A stretch of DNA of 48,863 bases from Myxococcota bacterium (lineage in GTDB: Bacteria; Myxococcota; JACRCW01), in the NCBI GenBank assembly GCA_040752415.1, contig JBFMGU010000051.1, positions 1-48,863 of the forward strand, written 5' to 3'. Under the pieces are notes generated by a model that saw nothing but the letters and a program-made list of their open reading frames with translations, did no database searches and was not told the origin of the DNA. Position 1 is the stretch's first letter. Each line of letters begins with the position of its first letter. A program made the translations under genes and the position numbers. Below, piece after piece: positions 1 to 11,628 of this stretch.

Positions 1-2
1 GG

Positions 3-356
3 TGGGGGCGGCGGCGGTGCAGCGGCCTTGGGAGGCGCCGGCGGTGATGGAGGCGGCGGTGCGGCAGCCGGTCTGGGTGCCGGTGCGGCGGGCGCGGCGG
101 CCTCCGCGGGCTCACCGGCGAGCGGCTGGATGTACCTGCCCGCGCGCGTGCCCACCTTTCCGTGCACCAGCCAACCGGCGCCCAGGTGCACCACCAGCTT
201 CCCCTCCTCCTCCTTCACCACACCCTTGCGGGTGAGGAAGGCAATGGCCTGCTCGGAGATCCAGGGTCGGTCCTTCTCGCGCTCCACCTTGTGCAGGTGC
301 GAATAGGGCAGGAAGTCCCGGGTGGCCTCGTCAAAGAGGCTCATGCGCTTGGCCAT
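3..356 (-). CDS. Hypothetical protein, 5' part only (runs off window); N-terminal globular region then Pro/Ala-rich linker
   Basis: Not in ORF track because its stop lies outside the window. ATG at 356 follows an AGGAGGAG RBS; reads MAKRMSLFDEATRDFLPYSHLHKVEREKDRPWISEQ...PAAPAPRPAAAPPPP with GC3-biased codons. Confidence 0.75.
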   Translation of the reverse strand, partial: MAKRMSLFDEATRDFLPYSHLHKVEREKDRPWISEQAIAFLTRKGVVKEEEGKLVVHLGAGWLVHGKVGTRAGRYIQPLAGEPAEAAAPAAPAPRPAAAPPPPSPPAPPKAAAPPPPP

Positions 357-444
357 GGTGTGCTCCTCCTCGTGCGTCCGAACCGGGGGCGCATGTTGGA
401 GGACACCTGGCCCGTCGAGCAACCGCTCCAGCTTCCGTCGCTGT

Positions 445-810
445 TCAGGTCCCCTCAGGGTCCTCGCCGGAGCTGAAGAACGAGGGGTCGAACGTGGTGT
501 TGGAGAGCGGTGTGGCCTTCCTGTCGGCCGCGTCGAGGCGGGAGACGCGTTCCATCAGCACCTGGACGAAGCGCGAGTCGGTGCGCAAGTAGACGTACTC
601 GTCGTCACTGCCCTGGAGGATGCCGCGGTAGGTGACGCCGTTGGCGTAGACCTCCACGGGCCGGTGCTTCAGCGTCTCCAGCTTGGCGGCCATGGTCAGC
701 TCTTCTTCCTGCCGCTTGGGCCGCGCCACCACGAACTTGCCGGGCACCACCTCCACCGGCGGCGCCTCGAACTCTCCCGACGGATCCGTGGGGTCCTTGG
801 GCTGGCTCAT
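445..810 (-). CDS. Small protein with probable Sm/LSm (Hfq-like) fold
   Basis: 121 aa; GGAGGAGG RBS; ATGA overlap with upstream PilZ gene; core LETLKHRPVEVYANGVTYRGILQGSDDEYVYL...VQVLMERVSRL fits the Sm1/Sm2 pattern. Confidence 0.65.
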   Translation of the reverse strand: MSQPKDPTDPSGEFEAPPVEVVPGKFVVARPKRQEEELTMAAKLETLKHRPVEVYANGVTYRGILQGSDDEYVYLRTDSRFVQVLMERVSRLDAADRKATPLSNTTFDPSFFSSGEDPEGT

Positions 811-1673
811 GCCTCCTCCCGTCCCGGGCGACGCAGCCGGGAAATGATGGACTCCAGCGCCCGACGCTTCTTGTCATCCAGCGCCGTGAACTCCAGCCCC
901 ATGCCGGGCGTGGCGTTGTTGAGGCTGCCAAACGCCGTCACCCACTTCACGCGCGCGGGGAACGTCAGCGGGAAGGTGGCGTCGGGGACGGCGAAGTTGA
1001 TCATCACCGGGTCACCCACCTCCAGCGGATTGGCGGTGTGGATGAACAGCCCCTTCTCGCTGAGATTGTCCGCCAGCTCGGAGCTGCTCCGCCCCACGGC
1101 GGTGTACTCAACCGTGACGCGGAAGGGGTACCGGTCGGACTTGCGGTTCTCGATGGTGCCGCGTGGCGGCGTGAGGTGTCGCAGCGCGCGCAGCCGCTCC
1201 GACGCGCTTTCCGTCGTCAACGGTGCCGCGGGAGTCTCCTCCACCACCTTCACGTCGACGCGCGCCACCGGCGTCTCCGGTTCCGTGGCCACGGGCACCA
1301 CCTCGGGCGCCGCCATGACCTCGGCGGGAGGAGCCGGTGGCGGCGGGAGGTGGTCGCCCTCCCCGTCCGCGCCGTCGTTGGGGAGACGGCCCACCGCACG
1401 CAGATCGTCGGCGGAGATCTTGCCCAGCAGACCGCGGGCGGGGGTCTTGCCCAGCGTTGGCGCGCCGCCCACGCGCGAGAGGAAGCCCATCACGGAAGGC
1501 GCGGTGGCCTTCTTCTTCTTGCTCGCGGGCTCGGCCTCCTCCGACGACGACAGGGGCGGAGGCGGCGGGGCATCCAGCTTCGCGCCCCAGTCGCTGACTT
1601 CACCAGCGGTGGCGTGCGTGGCGCCCATGGCGGGCTTGGCGTCCGGCTTGTTCTTGTTCTTCTTGCGGCTCAT
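807..1673 (-). CDS. PilZ-domain protein (TIGR02266-like) with long disordered N-terminus
   Basis: C-terminal RKSDR (RxxxR) and NLSEKGLFI (D/NxSxxG) c-di-GMP motifs, plus ARVKWV and PGMGLEF typical of myxobacterial PilZ paralogues. Confidence 0.85.
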   Translation of the reverse strand: MSRKKNKNKPDAKPAMGATHATAGEVSDWGAKLDAPPPPPLSSSEEAEPASKKKKATAPSVMGFLSRVGGAPTLGKTPARGLLGKISADDLRAVGRLPNDGADGEGDHLPPPPAPPAEVMAAPEVVPVATEPETPVARVDVKVVEETPAAPLTTESASERLRALRHLTPPRGTIENRKSDRYPFRVTVEYTAVGRSSSELADNLSEKGLFIHTANPLEVGDPVMINFAVPDATFPLTFPARVKWVTAFGSLNNATPGMGLEFTALDDKKRRALESIISRLRRPGREEA

Positions 1674-1679
1674 GGCGCC

Positions 1680-2537
1680 TCAGCCCCCCTCGGCCGCCAG
1701 AGCGGGCTCGGCCTTCTCCGACGAGGAATCCGTCTCCGTCAGGGAACCCTTGGCCTTCGGCTCACGCCCGTTCAGGAGCTCCTGCGTCAACATCTCGTAG
1801 TCTTCCGCCGCGGGGCTGGACGGGTCGAACTCCACCAGCGGCGTCTGCGCCCCCACGCTCTTCTCGACGACGATGTTGTCGCGGATCACCGTCTCAAAGC
1901 AGTACTCGCCAAAGAGCTCATGGGCGGCCTGCTTCACCTCGCGACTCACCGTCTGCCCGCCGCGGTAGCGCGTGATGAGGCAGCGGATGTCGTAGTCCAG
2001 GCCGGTCTCCTCGAAGATGTCACGCAGCGTGTCCGCCAGCATGCGCACGCCCTGGATGCTGAAGTAGCCCACGCTGATGGGGATGATGACCATGTTGCAC
2101 GCCAGGAACGCGTTCAACGTCAGCTTGGAGAGCGCGGGTGGGCAGTCCAGCACCACCTCGTCGTAGTCGTTGAGGACGGGCTTCAGCTTTCCGGCGAGCA
2201 CCAGGTTGGGGAGGCTGTAGAGGCGTTCCAGCTCGCGCTCGGCCAGGGAGAGGCGCAGGTTGGAGGGGATGAAGTGCAGCCGCCCGCCCGACGAGGGAAA
2301 CGGCAACGGCACCGCGCAGTCCTTCACCGTGGTCTGCCGCTGGGTGAGCAGCTCATACGTGGTGCGCTCCGCGCTCTCGATGTCAAAGCCGGTGCCGATG
2401 CCGCAGTGCCCCTGGGGATCCAGGTCCACCAGCAACGTGCGTCGCCCGGAGCGGGCGAGACACGCCGCCAGATTGATGCTGCTCACCGTCTTGCCAACCC
2501 CACCCTTCTGGTTGGCCACGGCAATGACTCTGGCCAT
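1680..2537 (-). CDS. ParA/Soj family ATPase (orphan, no adjacent parB)
   Basis: NQKGGVGKT deviant Walker A, LVDLDPQG Walker A', VLDCPP Walker B, C-terminal AAEDY. Confidence 0.92.
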   Translation of the reverse strand: MARVIAVANQKGGVGKTVSSINLAACLARSGRRTLLVDLDPQGHCGIGTGFDIESAERTTYELLTQRQTTVKDCAVPLPFPSSGGRLHFIPSNLRLSLAERELERLYSLPNLVLAGKLKPVLNDYDEVVLDCPPALSKLTLNAFLACNMVIIPISVGYFSIQGVRMLADTLRDIFEETGLDYDIRCLITRYRGGQTVSREVKQAAHELFGEYCFETVIRDNIVVEKSVGAQTPLVEFDPSSPAAEDYEMLTQELLNGREPKAKGSLTETDSSSEKAEPALAAEGG

Positions 2538-2580
2538 GCTTCCCTCTTCCTTGAAACGGAGAACGCTGCGGTATCACGCG

Positions 2581-2607
2581 CAAAAGCGGGTCCTCAACCG
2601 CCTTTTG
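2581..2607 (-). terminator. Possible weak intrinsic terminator between O-methyltransferase and parA
   Basis: Minus strand AAAAGGCGG-TTGAGGAC-CCGCTTTTG immediately after the OMT stop; short stem, short U tract. Confidence 0.3.
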
Positions 2608-2614
2608 GCGCCGG

Positions 2615-3301
2615 TCAGCGGACCTTGACGCCCAGCGCCAGACCCTCTCCCGTGGGCAGCAGCGTCCCCATGAAACGCTCGCTACGGATGACGGTCTCGT
2701 TGAAACGCCGCATGGCGTCGATGTCCCCTTGCGTGGCCCCACCCCGCGCGTCGCTGGCTGAGCGGCCAATGCTGTCCCACAGGAACACGTTGTCCGCGAT
2801 CACGACGCCACCCACGCGCAGATTTTCCGCGGCCCAGGCCAGGTAGCCCGGGTAACCGGCCTTGTCGGCGTCGAGGAAGACCAGATCAAACGGCCCTTCC
2901 GCGCTCAGCTTCTGGAGGTTCTCGCTGGCCTTCCCCACGTGGATGCGCACGCGGTTGCTCACGCCCGCCCGACGGAACGTCTCCGCCGCCACGTCGGCGT
3001 GCTTCTGGTGCAGCTCCAGCGTGTGCAGGAAACCGCCCTCTCCCATGCCGCGCAGCAGACACACGCCGCTGTACCCGGCCAACGTCCCCACCTCCACCGC
3101 CTTCTTCGCCCCGACGGCGGCCGCCAGCACCTGGAGGTGCCTTCCGTCGGAGGCGGCCACGTGGATGTCGGGCATGCCGGCGGCGGCGGTCCGGGCGCGC
3201 ACCTCCTGCAGGATGTCATCCTCCAGGGTCAGTGCCTTGACGGCATACTCAGCGGTGACGACGTCAGTGCATCCGTAGGTCTTGGCGGCGGTGTCGGCCA
3301 T
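2615..3301 (-). CDS. SAM-dependent O-methyltransferase (caffeoyl-CoA OMT/Methyltransf_3 family)
   Basis: VEVGTLAGYS SAM motif, FDLVFLDADK, GGVVIADNV. Confidence 0.92.
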   Translation of the reverse strand: MADTAAKTYGCTDVVTAEYAVKALTLEDDILQEVRARTAAAGMPDIHVAASDGRHLQVLAAAVGAKKAVEVGTLAGYSGVCLLRGMGEGGFLHTLELHQKHADVAAETFRRAGVSNRVRIHVGKASENLQKLSAEGPFDLVFLDADKAGYPGYLAWAAENLRVGGVVIADNVFLWDSIGRSASDARGGATQGDIDAMRRFNETVIRSERFMGTLLPTGEGLALGVKVR

Positions 3302-3411
3302 GGCAGGGCTCTCCGGGAGGGGCGGCGTGAATAACAGCGCGCGCCGGGGCCTGCCACTGACCTGCGCGGTTGGGCTGTGGTATGCCGCGCGCCTCTTCGC
3401 TGGAGGGCATC

Positions 3412-4176
3412 ATGGACAAGGTGGTTGCCTCGACCGCCGAGGCGATTGCGGACATCAAGGATGGCGCCGTCATCATGAGTGGCGGGTTTGGCCTGTGCGG
3501 CAACCCGGAGAACCTGATTGCGGCCATCCGTGAGAAGGGCATCAAGGGCCTGACCATCATCAGCAACAACTGCGGCACCACCGACAAGGGCCTGGGCGTC
3601 CTGCTCGCCGCCGGTCAGGTGTCGAAGATGGTCTCGAGCTACGTGGGCGAGAACAAGGAGTTCGAGCGGCGCTTCCTCAACGGCGAGCTCGAGGTGGAAC
3701 TGAATCCGCAAGGCACGCTGGCCGAACGCATCCGCGCCGCCGGCGCCGGCATCCCCGCGTTCTTCACGCCCACCGGCTACGGCACGTGGATCAGCGAGGG
3801 CGGTGTTCCCCAGCTCTACAGCAAGGACGGCAAGAGCGTGGTGAAGGCCAGCGAGAAGAAGGAGACGCGGCAGATTGGCGGGAAGTGGTGCGTGCTGGAG
3901 ACGGCGCTGCACGCGGACTTCGCCATTGTGCGCGCGTGGAAGGGAGACCGGCACGGCAACCTGGTCTTCCGCAAGACCGCGCGGAACTTCAGTCCCATGA
4001 TCTGCACCGCGGCCAAGGTGACCATTGTGGAAGTGGAGCACCTCGTCGACGTGGGTGAGCTGGACCCCGACCAGGTCCACGTCCCCGGCATCTACGTGAA
4101 GCGCGTGGTGCAGGGACGGAACTACGTGAAGCCCATTGAGCAGCGGACCACCCGGCCCCGGCTGACGGCGGCGTGA
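3412..4176 (+). CDS. scoA: 3-oxoacid CoA-transferase subunit A
   Basis: MSGGFGLCGNPENLI, PQGTLAERIRAAGAGIPAFFTPTG, ARNFSP; ATG 3412 after GGAGGG. Confidence 0.95.
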   Translation: MDKVVASTAEAIADIKDGAVIMSGGFGLCGNPENLIAAIREKGIKGLTIISNNCGTTDKGLGVLLAAGQVSKMVSSYVGENKEFERRFLNGELEVELNPQGTLAERIRAAGAGIPAFFTPTGYGTWISEGGVPQLYSKDGKSVVKASEKKETRQIGGKWCVLETALHADFAIVRAWKGDRHGNLVFRKTARNFSPMICTAAKVTIVEVEHLVDVGELDPDQVHVPGIYVKRVVQGRNYVKPIEQRTTRPRLTAA

Positions 4177-4188
4177 GAGGAGGACACC

Positions 4189-4845
4189 ATGGCGACGGAT
4201 CGTGATGGCATCGTCAAGCGCGTGGCCCAGGAGCTGAAGGATGGTTACTACGTGAACCTGGGGATTGGTCTTCCCACGCTGGTCCCCAACTTCATCCCGA
4301 GCGGAATGGAGGTGGTGGTGCAGAGTGAGAACGGGATGCTGGGCGTGGGCCCCTTCCCGTACGAGGGCGAGGAGGACCCGGACCTCATCAACGCCGGCAA
4401 GCAGACGGTCACGGAGGTGCCGGGGACGAGCTATTTCTCGTCGGCGGAGAGCTTTGCGATGATCCGCGGCGGGCACGTGGACCTGACCGTGCTGGGCGCG
4501 CTGCAGGTCAACCCGCAAGGCGACATTGCCAACTGGATCATCCCCGGCAAGATGGTGAAGGGCATGGGCGGGGCCATGGACCTCGTGGCCGGCGCGCGAC
4601 GCGTGATTGTGGCCATGGAGCACAGCGCCAAGGGCCAGCCCAAGATCCTCGAGAAGTGCACCCTCCCCCTCACCGGCAAGGCGTGCGTGGACATGGTGGT
4701 GACCGAGCTCGGCGTGTTCTCCATCGAGCGCGGCAAGGGCATGACGCTGATCGAGATTGCGCCCAACACCACGCTGGACGAGGTGAAGGCGCAGACCGGT
4801 TGCGTGTTCGAGGTTGCCAAGAACCTCAAGACCATGCCGGTGTGA
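4189..4845 (+). CDS. scoB: 3-oxoacid CoA-transferase subunit B
   Basis: VNLGIGLPT, catalytic [31 protein letters not shown]. Confidence 0.95.
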   Translation: MATDRDGIVKRVAQELKDGYYVNLGIGLPTLVPNFIPSGMEVVVQSENGMLGVGPFPYEGEEDPDLINAGKQTVTEVPGTSYFSSAESFAMIRGGHVDLTVLGALQVNPQGDIANWIIPGKMVKGMGGAMDLVAGARRVIVAMEHSAKGQPKILEKCTLPLTGKACVDMVVTELGVFSIERGKGMTLIEIAPNTTLDEVKAQTGCVFEVAKNLKTMPV

Positions 4846-5898
4846 TCACGCCACGGCGGGATTGGCCTGAGTGCCCTGCCCCGTCGTGGCCCGGTGTTCC
4901 AGCACCGCGCGGAAGAAGCGCACCGCCTCCTCCTCGGCGAAGTTGCGCGGCCGCGTGGGCGTCCCCCAGGTGAACGAGATGTGACCGCCGCTGCGATGCA
5001 GCGAGAGGTACAGCGCCGGCTGCTTCGCAATCTGCTCGACGGGCACGGTGTGACCGGGCACCAGCGGGTCGTCGTGGGCGTTGAGGAGGAGCGTGGGGAC
5101 GCGGATGCCGTCCAGGAAGCGCCTGGAGCTCTGGTTGCGCCAGTAGGTCTCCGCGTTGCCGTCACCCGTGACGCGCGCGCTGATGATGTCGTCGAATTTC
5201 TTGAAGGTGGTGAGGCCACCGATGTCGATGTCGTCGATGCGGCCGGGGAACTGCTTCTTGTACGCGCGCGCCTTGCCCCGCATGCTGAGCAGGAAGCGCT
5301 CCCGGTAGATGATGACCATCGGGTGCCACGCATCCAGCGCCACCGCGCATTGCTCCAGGTCAAACGGCGAGGACACGGTGCACGCCCCCACGACGTGCGC
5401 CGGCGGCTTCTCACCCCAAACGCCGCCCAACATCTTGAGCATGGCGTTCCCGCCCAGCGAGTAGCCCACCATCATCAACGGGGAACGCGGGCGCTCCGCG
5501 CCGAGGCGGCGCACACACTCCTCGAGGTCCTCGGTGAACCCGGCGTGGTAGCTCTTGGGCGTGCTGAGCTCGAGGCCACCGCAGCCGCGGAAGCACACCG
5601 CCTCCACGTGCCAGCCCTGCTTGAGACCGGCGCGCATCATGCCGCGCACGTAGGGTGCGTCGCTGCTGCCTTCCAGGCCGTGCAGGACCAGCAGGGTGGG
5701 CGTCTCGTCGGTGACGGGGGTGTGCGGCGTGGCGCGGTCGGCGCGGATGACTTCTCCGTCGGGCATGGTCCAGCGTTCCATGGAGAAGCTCACGCGCGGC
5801 ACCATGCGCAGCTTCCCGCCGAACACCGTCTGGGAATGGCCCTCCGGCAGCCACCAGGGCGCCAGGAACCTCCCAGCCGTGAACGGAACCCGACGCAA
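4846..5898 (-). CDS. YheT-family alpha/beta hydrolase
   Basis: GHSQT, LHGLEGSS, FRGCGG, nucleophile GYSLGG, NAHDDP, GGH; TTG start 3 nt after glmM stop. Confidence 0.9.
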   Translation of the reverse strand: MRRVPFTAGRFLAPWWLPEGHSQTVFGGKLRMVPRVSFSMERWTMPDGEVIRADRATPHTPVTDETPTLLVLHGLEGSSDAPYVRGMMRAGLKQGWHVEAVCFRGCGGLELSTPKSYHAGFTEDLEECVRRLGAERPRSPLMMVGYSLGGNAMLKMLGGVWGEKPPAHVVGACTVSSPFDLEQCAVALDAWHPMVIIYRERFLLSMRGKARAYKKQFPGRIDDIDIGGLTTFKKFDDIISARVTGDGNAETYWRNQSSRRFLDGIRVPTLLLNAHDDPLVPGHTVPVEQIAKQPALYLSLHRSGGHISFTWGTPTRPRNFAEEEAVRFFRAVLEHRATTGQGTQANPAVA

Positions 5899-5901
5899 GC
5901 C

Positions 5902-7281
5902 TCACCCCACCGCGGCCCGGATCGCCGCCGCAATCTCGTTGGCGTACGCCTCAATGCGCGTGGCGTCGACACCTTCCACCAGCACGCGCGCCTTCATCTC
6001 CGTGCCGCTGTAGCGCAACAGCACGCGCCCCTCGCCACCCAGGTCCTTCTCGATGCGCCCCACGAGCCCATGCACCGAGGGCAGCTCCTCGATCGGTTTC
6101 TTCTCCTTCACCGCGAAGCTCACCAGCTTCTGGGGGAGCAGCTCCATGCTCGCGGCCAGCGCGCTGAGCGGCTTGCCCTCACGCACCATCAGCGAGAGCA
6201 GGCTGAGCGCCGCCACCACGCCGTCACCGGTGGTGGTGTGGTCCATGAAGATGATGTGACCGGACTGCTCTCCGCCCAATGAATAGCCCCCACGCCGCAT
6301 CTCCTCCACGACGTAACGGTCACCCACCGGCGTCCGCACCACCTGCCCGCCCAGGCTGCGGAGGTAGCGGTCCAATCCCAGGTTGCTCATCACCGTGGCG
6401 ACGAGCGTCTTCTCCCGCAGCTGCCCCTTGGCGAGCATCTCGCGCGCGCAGACGGCCATGATCTGGTCCCCGTCCACCACCTCCCCGCGCTCATCCACCA
6501 CGACGAGACGGTCCGCGTCCCCATCCAGCGCGATGCCAATGTGCGCGTTGCGTCGACGCACCTCGTCCTGCAGGGCCTGCGGGTGGAGGGCGCCACAGTC
6601 GGCGTTGATGTTGAGACCGTCGGGCTCCACGCCAATGGCAATGACCTCGGCGCCCAGCTCCGCGAACACCTCGGGCGCCACGCGGTACCCGGCGCCGTTG
6701 GCGCAATCCACGACGATGCGCAGCCCGTCCAGGCTCAACTCGTCCGGGAAGGTGTGCTTGAGGAAGACCACGTAGCGGCCCACGGCGTCGTCCACGCGGA
6801 TGGCGCGCCCCACCCTCTCGCGCGTGGCGCCGCGGGTGGACAGCGCGGGGTCACGCATGAGCTCTTCCAGCTCTTCTTCCACGGCGTCGGGGAGCTTGAA
6901 TCCGTCACCCTGGAAGATCTTGACGCCGTTGTCCTCGTACGGGTTGTGGCTCGCGCTGACGACGAGGGCTGCGTCCGCGCGCATGCTCTTGGCAATGAAC
7001 GCAATGCCCGGCGTGGGGAGCGGTCCTACCAGCTGCACGTCGACGCCCATGGAGATGACGCCGGAAGCCAGCGCGGTCTCGAGCATGTAACCGGAGAGTC
7101 GCGTGTCCTTGCCAATGACGATGCGCGGCCGGTGGTGCACCCGTCTCCCGGTGCCGTGGATCTTCCCGCGTTGCACCAGCTCGGCCAGCGCGCGTCCCAA
7201 GAGCAGCGCCATCTCCGGCGTCATGGGGTACTGCCCCGCCACGCCCCGGATGCCATCCGTCCCAAACCATTGACGAGCCAT
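5902..7281 (-). CDS. glmM: Phosphoglucosamine mutase
   Basis: [22 protein letters not shown] phosphoserine motif, DGDADR, GGEQSGH, RYSGTE; start trimmed to [10 protein letters not shown]. Confidence 0.97.
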   Translation of the reverse strand: MARQWFGTDGIRGVAGQYPMTPEMALLLGRALAELVQRGKIHGTGRRVHHRPRIVIGKDTRLSGYMLETALASGVISMGVDVQLVGPLPTPGIAFIAKSMRADAALVVSASHNPYEDNGVKIFQGDGFKLPDAVEEELEELMRDPALSTRGATRERVGRAIRVDDAVGRYVVFLKHTFPDELSLDGLRIVVDCANGAGYRVAPEVFAELGAEVIAIGVEPDGLNINADCGALHPQALQDEVRRRNAHIGIALDGDADRLVVVDERGEVVDGDQIMAVCAREMLAKGQLREKTLVATVMSNLGLDRYLRSLGGQVVRTPVGDRYVVEEMRRGGYSLGGEQSGHIIFMDHTTTGDGVVAALSLLSLMVREGKPLSALAASMELLPQKLVSFAVKEKKPIEELPSVHGLVGRIEKDLGGEGRVLLRYSGTEMKARVLVEGVDATRIEAYANEIAAAIRAAVG

Positions 7282-7360
7282 GCCGACCTCTGTGCCCCAG
7301 CGACGGACCACCGTGCAACTGGTCCAACGCGGTCTCGTCCGCGGGCATGCCCCCGGCGGC

Positions 7361-8233
7361 TCAGGCCGGAGCGATGTACGCGCCACGCACCGCATCGACC
7401 ACGGCCAGTGCCTGGCGGACTTCAGCCACGTCGTGGACGCGGACCATGTGCGCGCCGCGGTCCGCCGCCATCACGCACGCGGCCACCGTGGAATGCAGCC
7501 TTTCCCGCGGTCCCACGCCGCCGGTGACCGCGCCCAGCGTGCTCTTGCGCGACGGCCCCCACAGCACCGCGCGCCCGCTCCGACACAGCCTCTCCACGCC
7601 CGCCAACAGCTCCAGGTTGTGCTGCACCGTCTTCCCGAAGCCGAAGCCCGGGTCGAGCATGACCTGGGAGCGGAGCACGCCGGCTGCCTCCGCCTTGGCC
7701 GCCGCTTCTTCCAGGTAGCGTGAGACGTCCTCCACCACGTCGTCATAGTGGATGATTCCCTGCTGCATGGTGCCCGGCGTCCCGCGCATGTGCATGAGCA
7801 CCAGCGCGCACCCGGTCTTCACGCACAACGACGTCATCGCCGGGTCATGCGTGAGCGCGGAGACGTCGTTGACCATGCCTGCGCCGGCCTCCAACGCGGC
7901 CGCGGCCACCGGTGCATTGCGCGTGTCGACGGAGATGCATGGCGCGCCCGCCTTCCTCAGCGCCTCAATGACCGGCACCACGCGACGGATCTCCTCGCTG
8001 ATGGAGACGGGTGCGGCGCCGGGCCGCGTGGATTCCCCGCCCACGTCGAGGATGTCCGCGCCCTGTTCCAGCATGGTCATGCCCGCGGCGACGGCGGACT
8101 GCACGCCGTCAAAGCGGCCACCATCGCTGAAGCTGTCCGGGGTGATGTTGAGGACGCCCATGATGAGCGTGCGGTTCTCGAAGTGGAGCGTGGTCCCGGC
8201 AACGCGGATGGGAGGAGGAACAGTGCGCGTCAT
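7361..8233 (-). CDS. folP: Dihydropteroate synthase
   Basis: [40 protein letters not shown]. Confidence 0.97.
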   Translation of the reverse strand: MTRTVPPPIRVAGTTLHFENRTLIMGVLNITPDSFSDGGRFDGVQSAVAAGMTMLEQGADILDVGGESTRPGAAPVSISEEIRRVVPVIEALRKAGAPCISVDTRNAPVAAAALEAGAGMVNDVSALTHDPAMTSLCVKTGCALVLMHMRGTPGTMQQGIIHYDDVVEDVSRYLEEAAAKAEAAGVLRSQVMLDPGFGFGKTVQHNLELLAGVERLCRSGRAVLWGPSRKSTLGAVTGGVGPRERLHSTVAACVMAADRGAHMVRVHDVAEVRQALAVVDAVRGAYIAPA

Positions 8234-8315
8234 GGCGCGGGACTTCTAGCCCAGAAACACAGAAGCCGACGCTCTTCACGCCGGCTTCCGCATCACTCCG
8301 TGGGATTTGCGGGGC

Positions 8316-10262
<1,947 letters not shown>

Positions 10263-10336
10263 GTTCCTCTAACCTGCTTTCTTCCGCCCCGCCGGGGCCA
10301 CACCAGGAACAAGCCTGGGCCTAGAGTTTGAACATA

Positions 10337-11371
10337 TCACGCAGCGGGCTTGACAACAGACCGCTGCGAGGGCCGAGGTGACGGGTCGTGCTGGGCGACG
10401 ACATGCGTTCCCAACACCACCAGCCACACCGGCCCCACCTTGAACTGCCGGACGGGGCCACCGTGGGCAACCGCGGCCTTGGCCGCCTTCCTGACCGCTT
10501 CATGACCGGTCCGGATGGGTCCACCCGCGACGGACTCCGCCAGCTGTTTGAGGGCACGGGTTGTTAACGCAATGGGAAGATCGCGCAAGGACTGTCGATC
10601 CGCGCCGATGTGGGGCTGCCACGCACGCCTGGCCATGGTCTCCAGCGCGTCGTCGTCCTCCTGGGCCAGCTGGCCCGCGCGGGCGAGCGTCCGGTCCGGC
10701 GCACCGAACTTCTCCGTCAACACGGGCCACACGCGCCGACGGAGATGGCCACGCAACAGCTCCGTCTGCTCATTCATGGGGTCATCCATGGCGGGAAGCT
10801 GCACGTCGAGGACGGCCTGGCGGATTTGCCCGCGCGTCAGCGCCACCAGCGGTCTCACGCGGTTCCCCTCCACCGCGCGCAACGCGCCCTGTCGCCCCGC
10901 GCCTTCCAGGACGCGCTGGAGGAAGGTCTCGGCCACGTCGGTGGCGTTGTGTCCGGTGGCGATCCACTGGCAGCGCAGCTCCCGCGCCAGCAGCTCCAGC
11001 GCGTCACGTCGGACCGCCCGCGCCGCGCCCTCGGGTCCCTGCCCGGAATGCTCCGGCACCGTCACGGAGTGCACCACGCAAGGCACGCCGGCGACCCGAC
11101 ACGCCTCCAACGCGTGCTGCTGCAACGTGGCGGCGGCGCTTGAGAGGTTGTGGTTGATGTGGGCGGCGCGCAGGTGGAATCCCCGACGGGGTGCCAGCAG
11201 GGACATCACCTTCACCAGCAGCGCGGAGTCCGGCCCGCCGCTCACGGCGACGAGAACGGTGCTCCCAGACAAACCCGGCACCCCGTCGAGCACGCGCAAG
11301 GCGTGGTGCGCGACCAGGCGCAGCCGCCGGGGAATGGCCGGTGGTCGTGCGCTGTTGGTGGGGGCTGCCAT
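10337..11371 (-). CDS. tilS: tRNA(Ile)-lysidine synthase (short form)
   Basis: AVSGGPDS PP-loop, HINHNL, TGHNATDVAET, RPL, DDPMN; upstream of ftsH. Confidence 0.9.
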   Translation of the reverse strand: MAAPTNSARPPAIPRRLRLVAHHALRVLDGVPGLSGSTVLVAVSGGPDSALLVKVMSLLAPRRGFHLRAAHINHNLSSAAATLQQHALEACRVAGVPCVVHSVTVPEHSGQGPEGAARAVRRDALELLARELRCQWIATGHNATDVAETFLQRVLEGAGRQGALRAVEGNRVRPLVALTRGQIRQAVLDVQLPAMDDPMNEQTELLRGHLRRRVWPVLTEKFGAPDRTLARAGQLAQEDDDALETMARRAWQPHIGADRQSLRDLPIALTTRALKQLAESVAGGPIRTGHEAVRKAAKAAVAHGGPVRQFKVGPVWLVVLGTHVVAQHDPSPRPSQRSVVKPAA

Positions 11372-11444
11372 GGCCGCAACCTAGGCACCGGGTGGCAGGT
11401 GCGCACGTGGCTTTCTGCCAGGAACGCCGGGTGGCGGTGCCACC

Positions 11445-11484
11445 GCGGCAACGCGCCGCAGTGCGTAGGCGGCAACGCACCGCA
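11445..11484 (+). promoter_or_regulatory. Tandem imperfect palindromes, candidate enhancer (bEBP) sites
   Basis: GCGGCAACGCGCCGCA (11445-11460) and GCGGCAACGCACCGCA (11469-11484), 15/16 identical, 24-bp period. Confidence 0.5.
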
Positions 11485-11580
11485 CCCGGTTCCGCGCCTC
11501 AAGCGTCACCCGCGCGGTTGGGCCCATCATCTTGAAAACGTTCGTGTTCTCAAGGGCTTCCGCACCTTGACGTACATCCA

Positions 11581-11597
11581 TTGGCACGAAGCGTGAT
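11581..11597 (+). promoter_or_regulatory. Candidate sigma54 -24/-12 promoter
   Basis: TTGGCACG-AAGC-GTGAT: perfect -24 box, -12 has GA rather than GC at the correct spacing; 32 nt upstream of small ORF. Confidence 0.45.
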
Positions 11598-11628
11598 GGA
11601 CGGCGGCTTCCGTGGGGGCGGAGGCCTG

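Noticed and set aside
1680..2537. Calling this the chromosomal parA (parABS) or pomZ
   Set aside because: No adjacent parB or parS palindrome seen; lacks the N-terminal extension and pomXY neighbours expected for PomZ.
4840..4851. Abutting stop codons of convergent scoB and hydrolase genes
   Set aside because: Ordinary genome compaction; no further signal.
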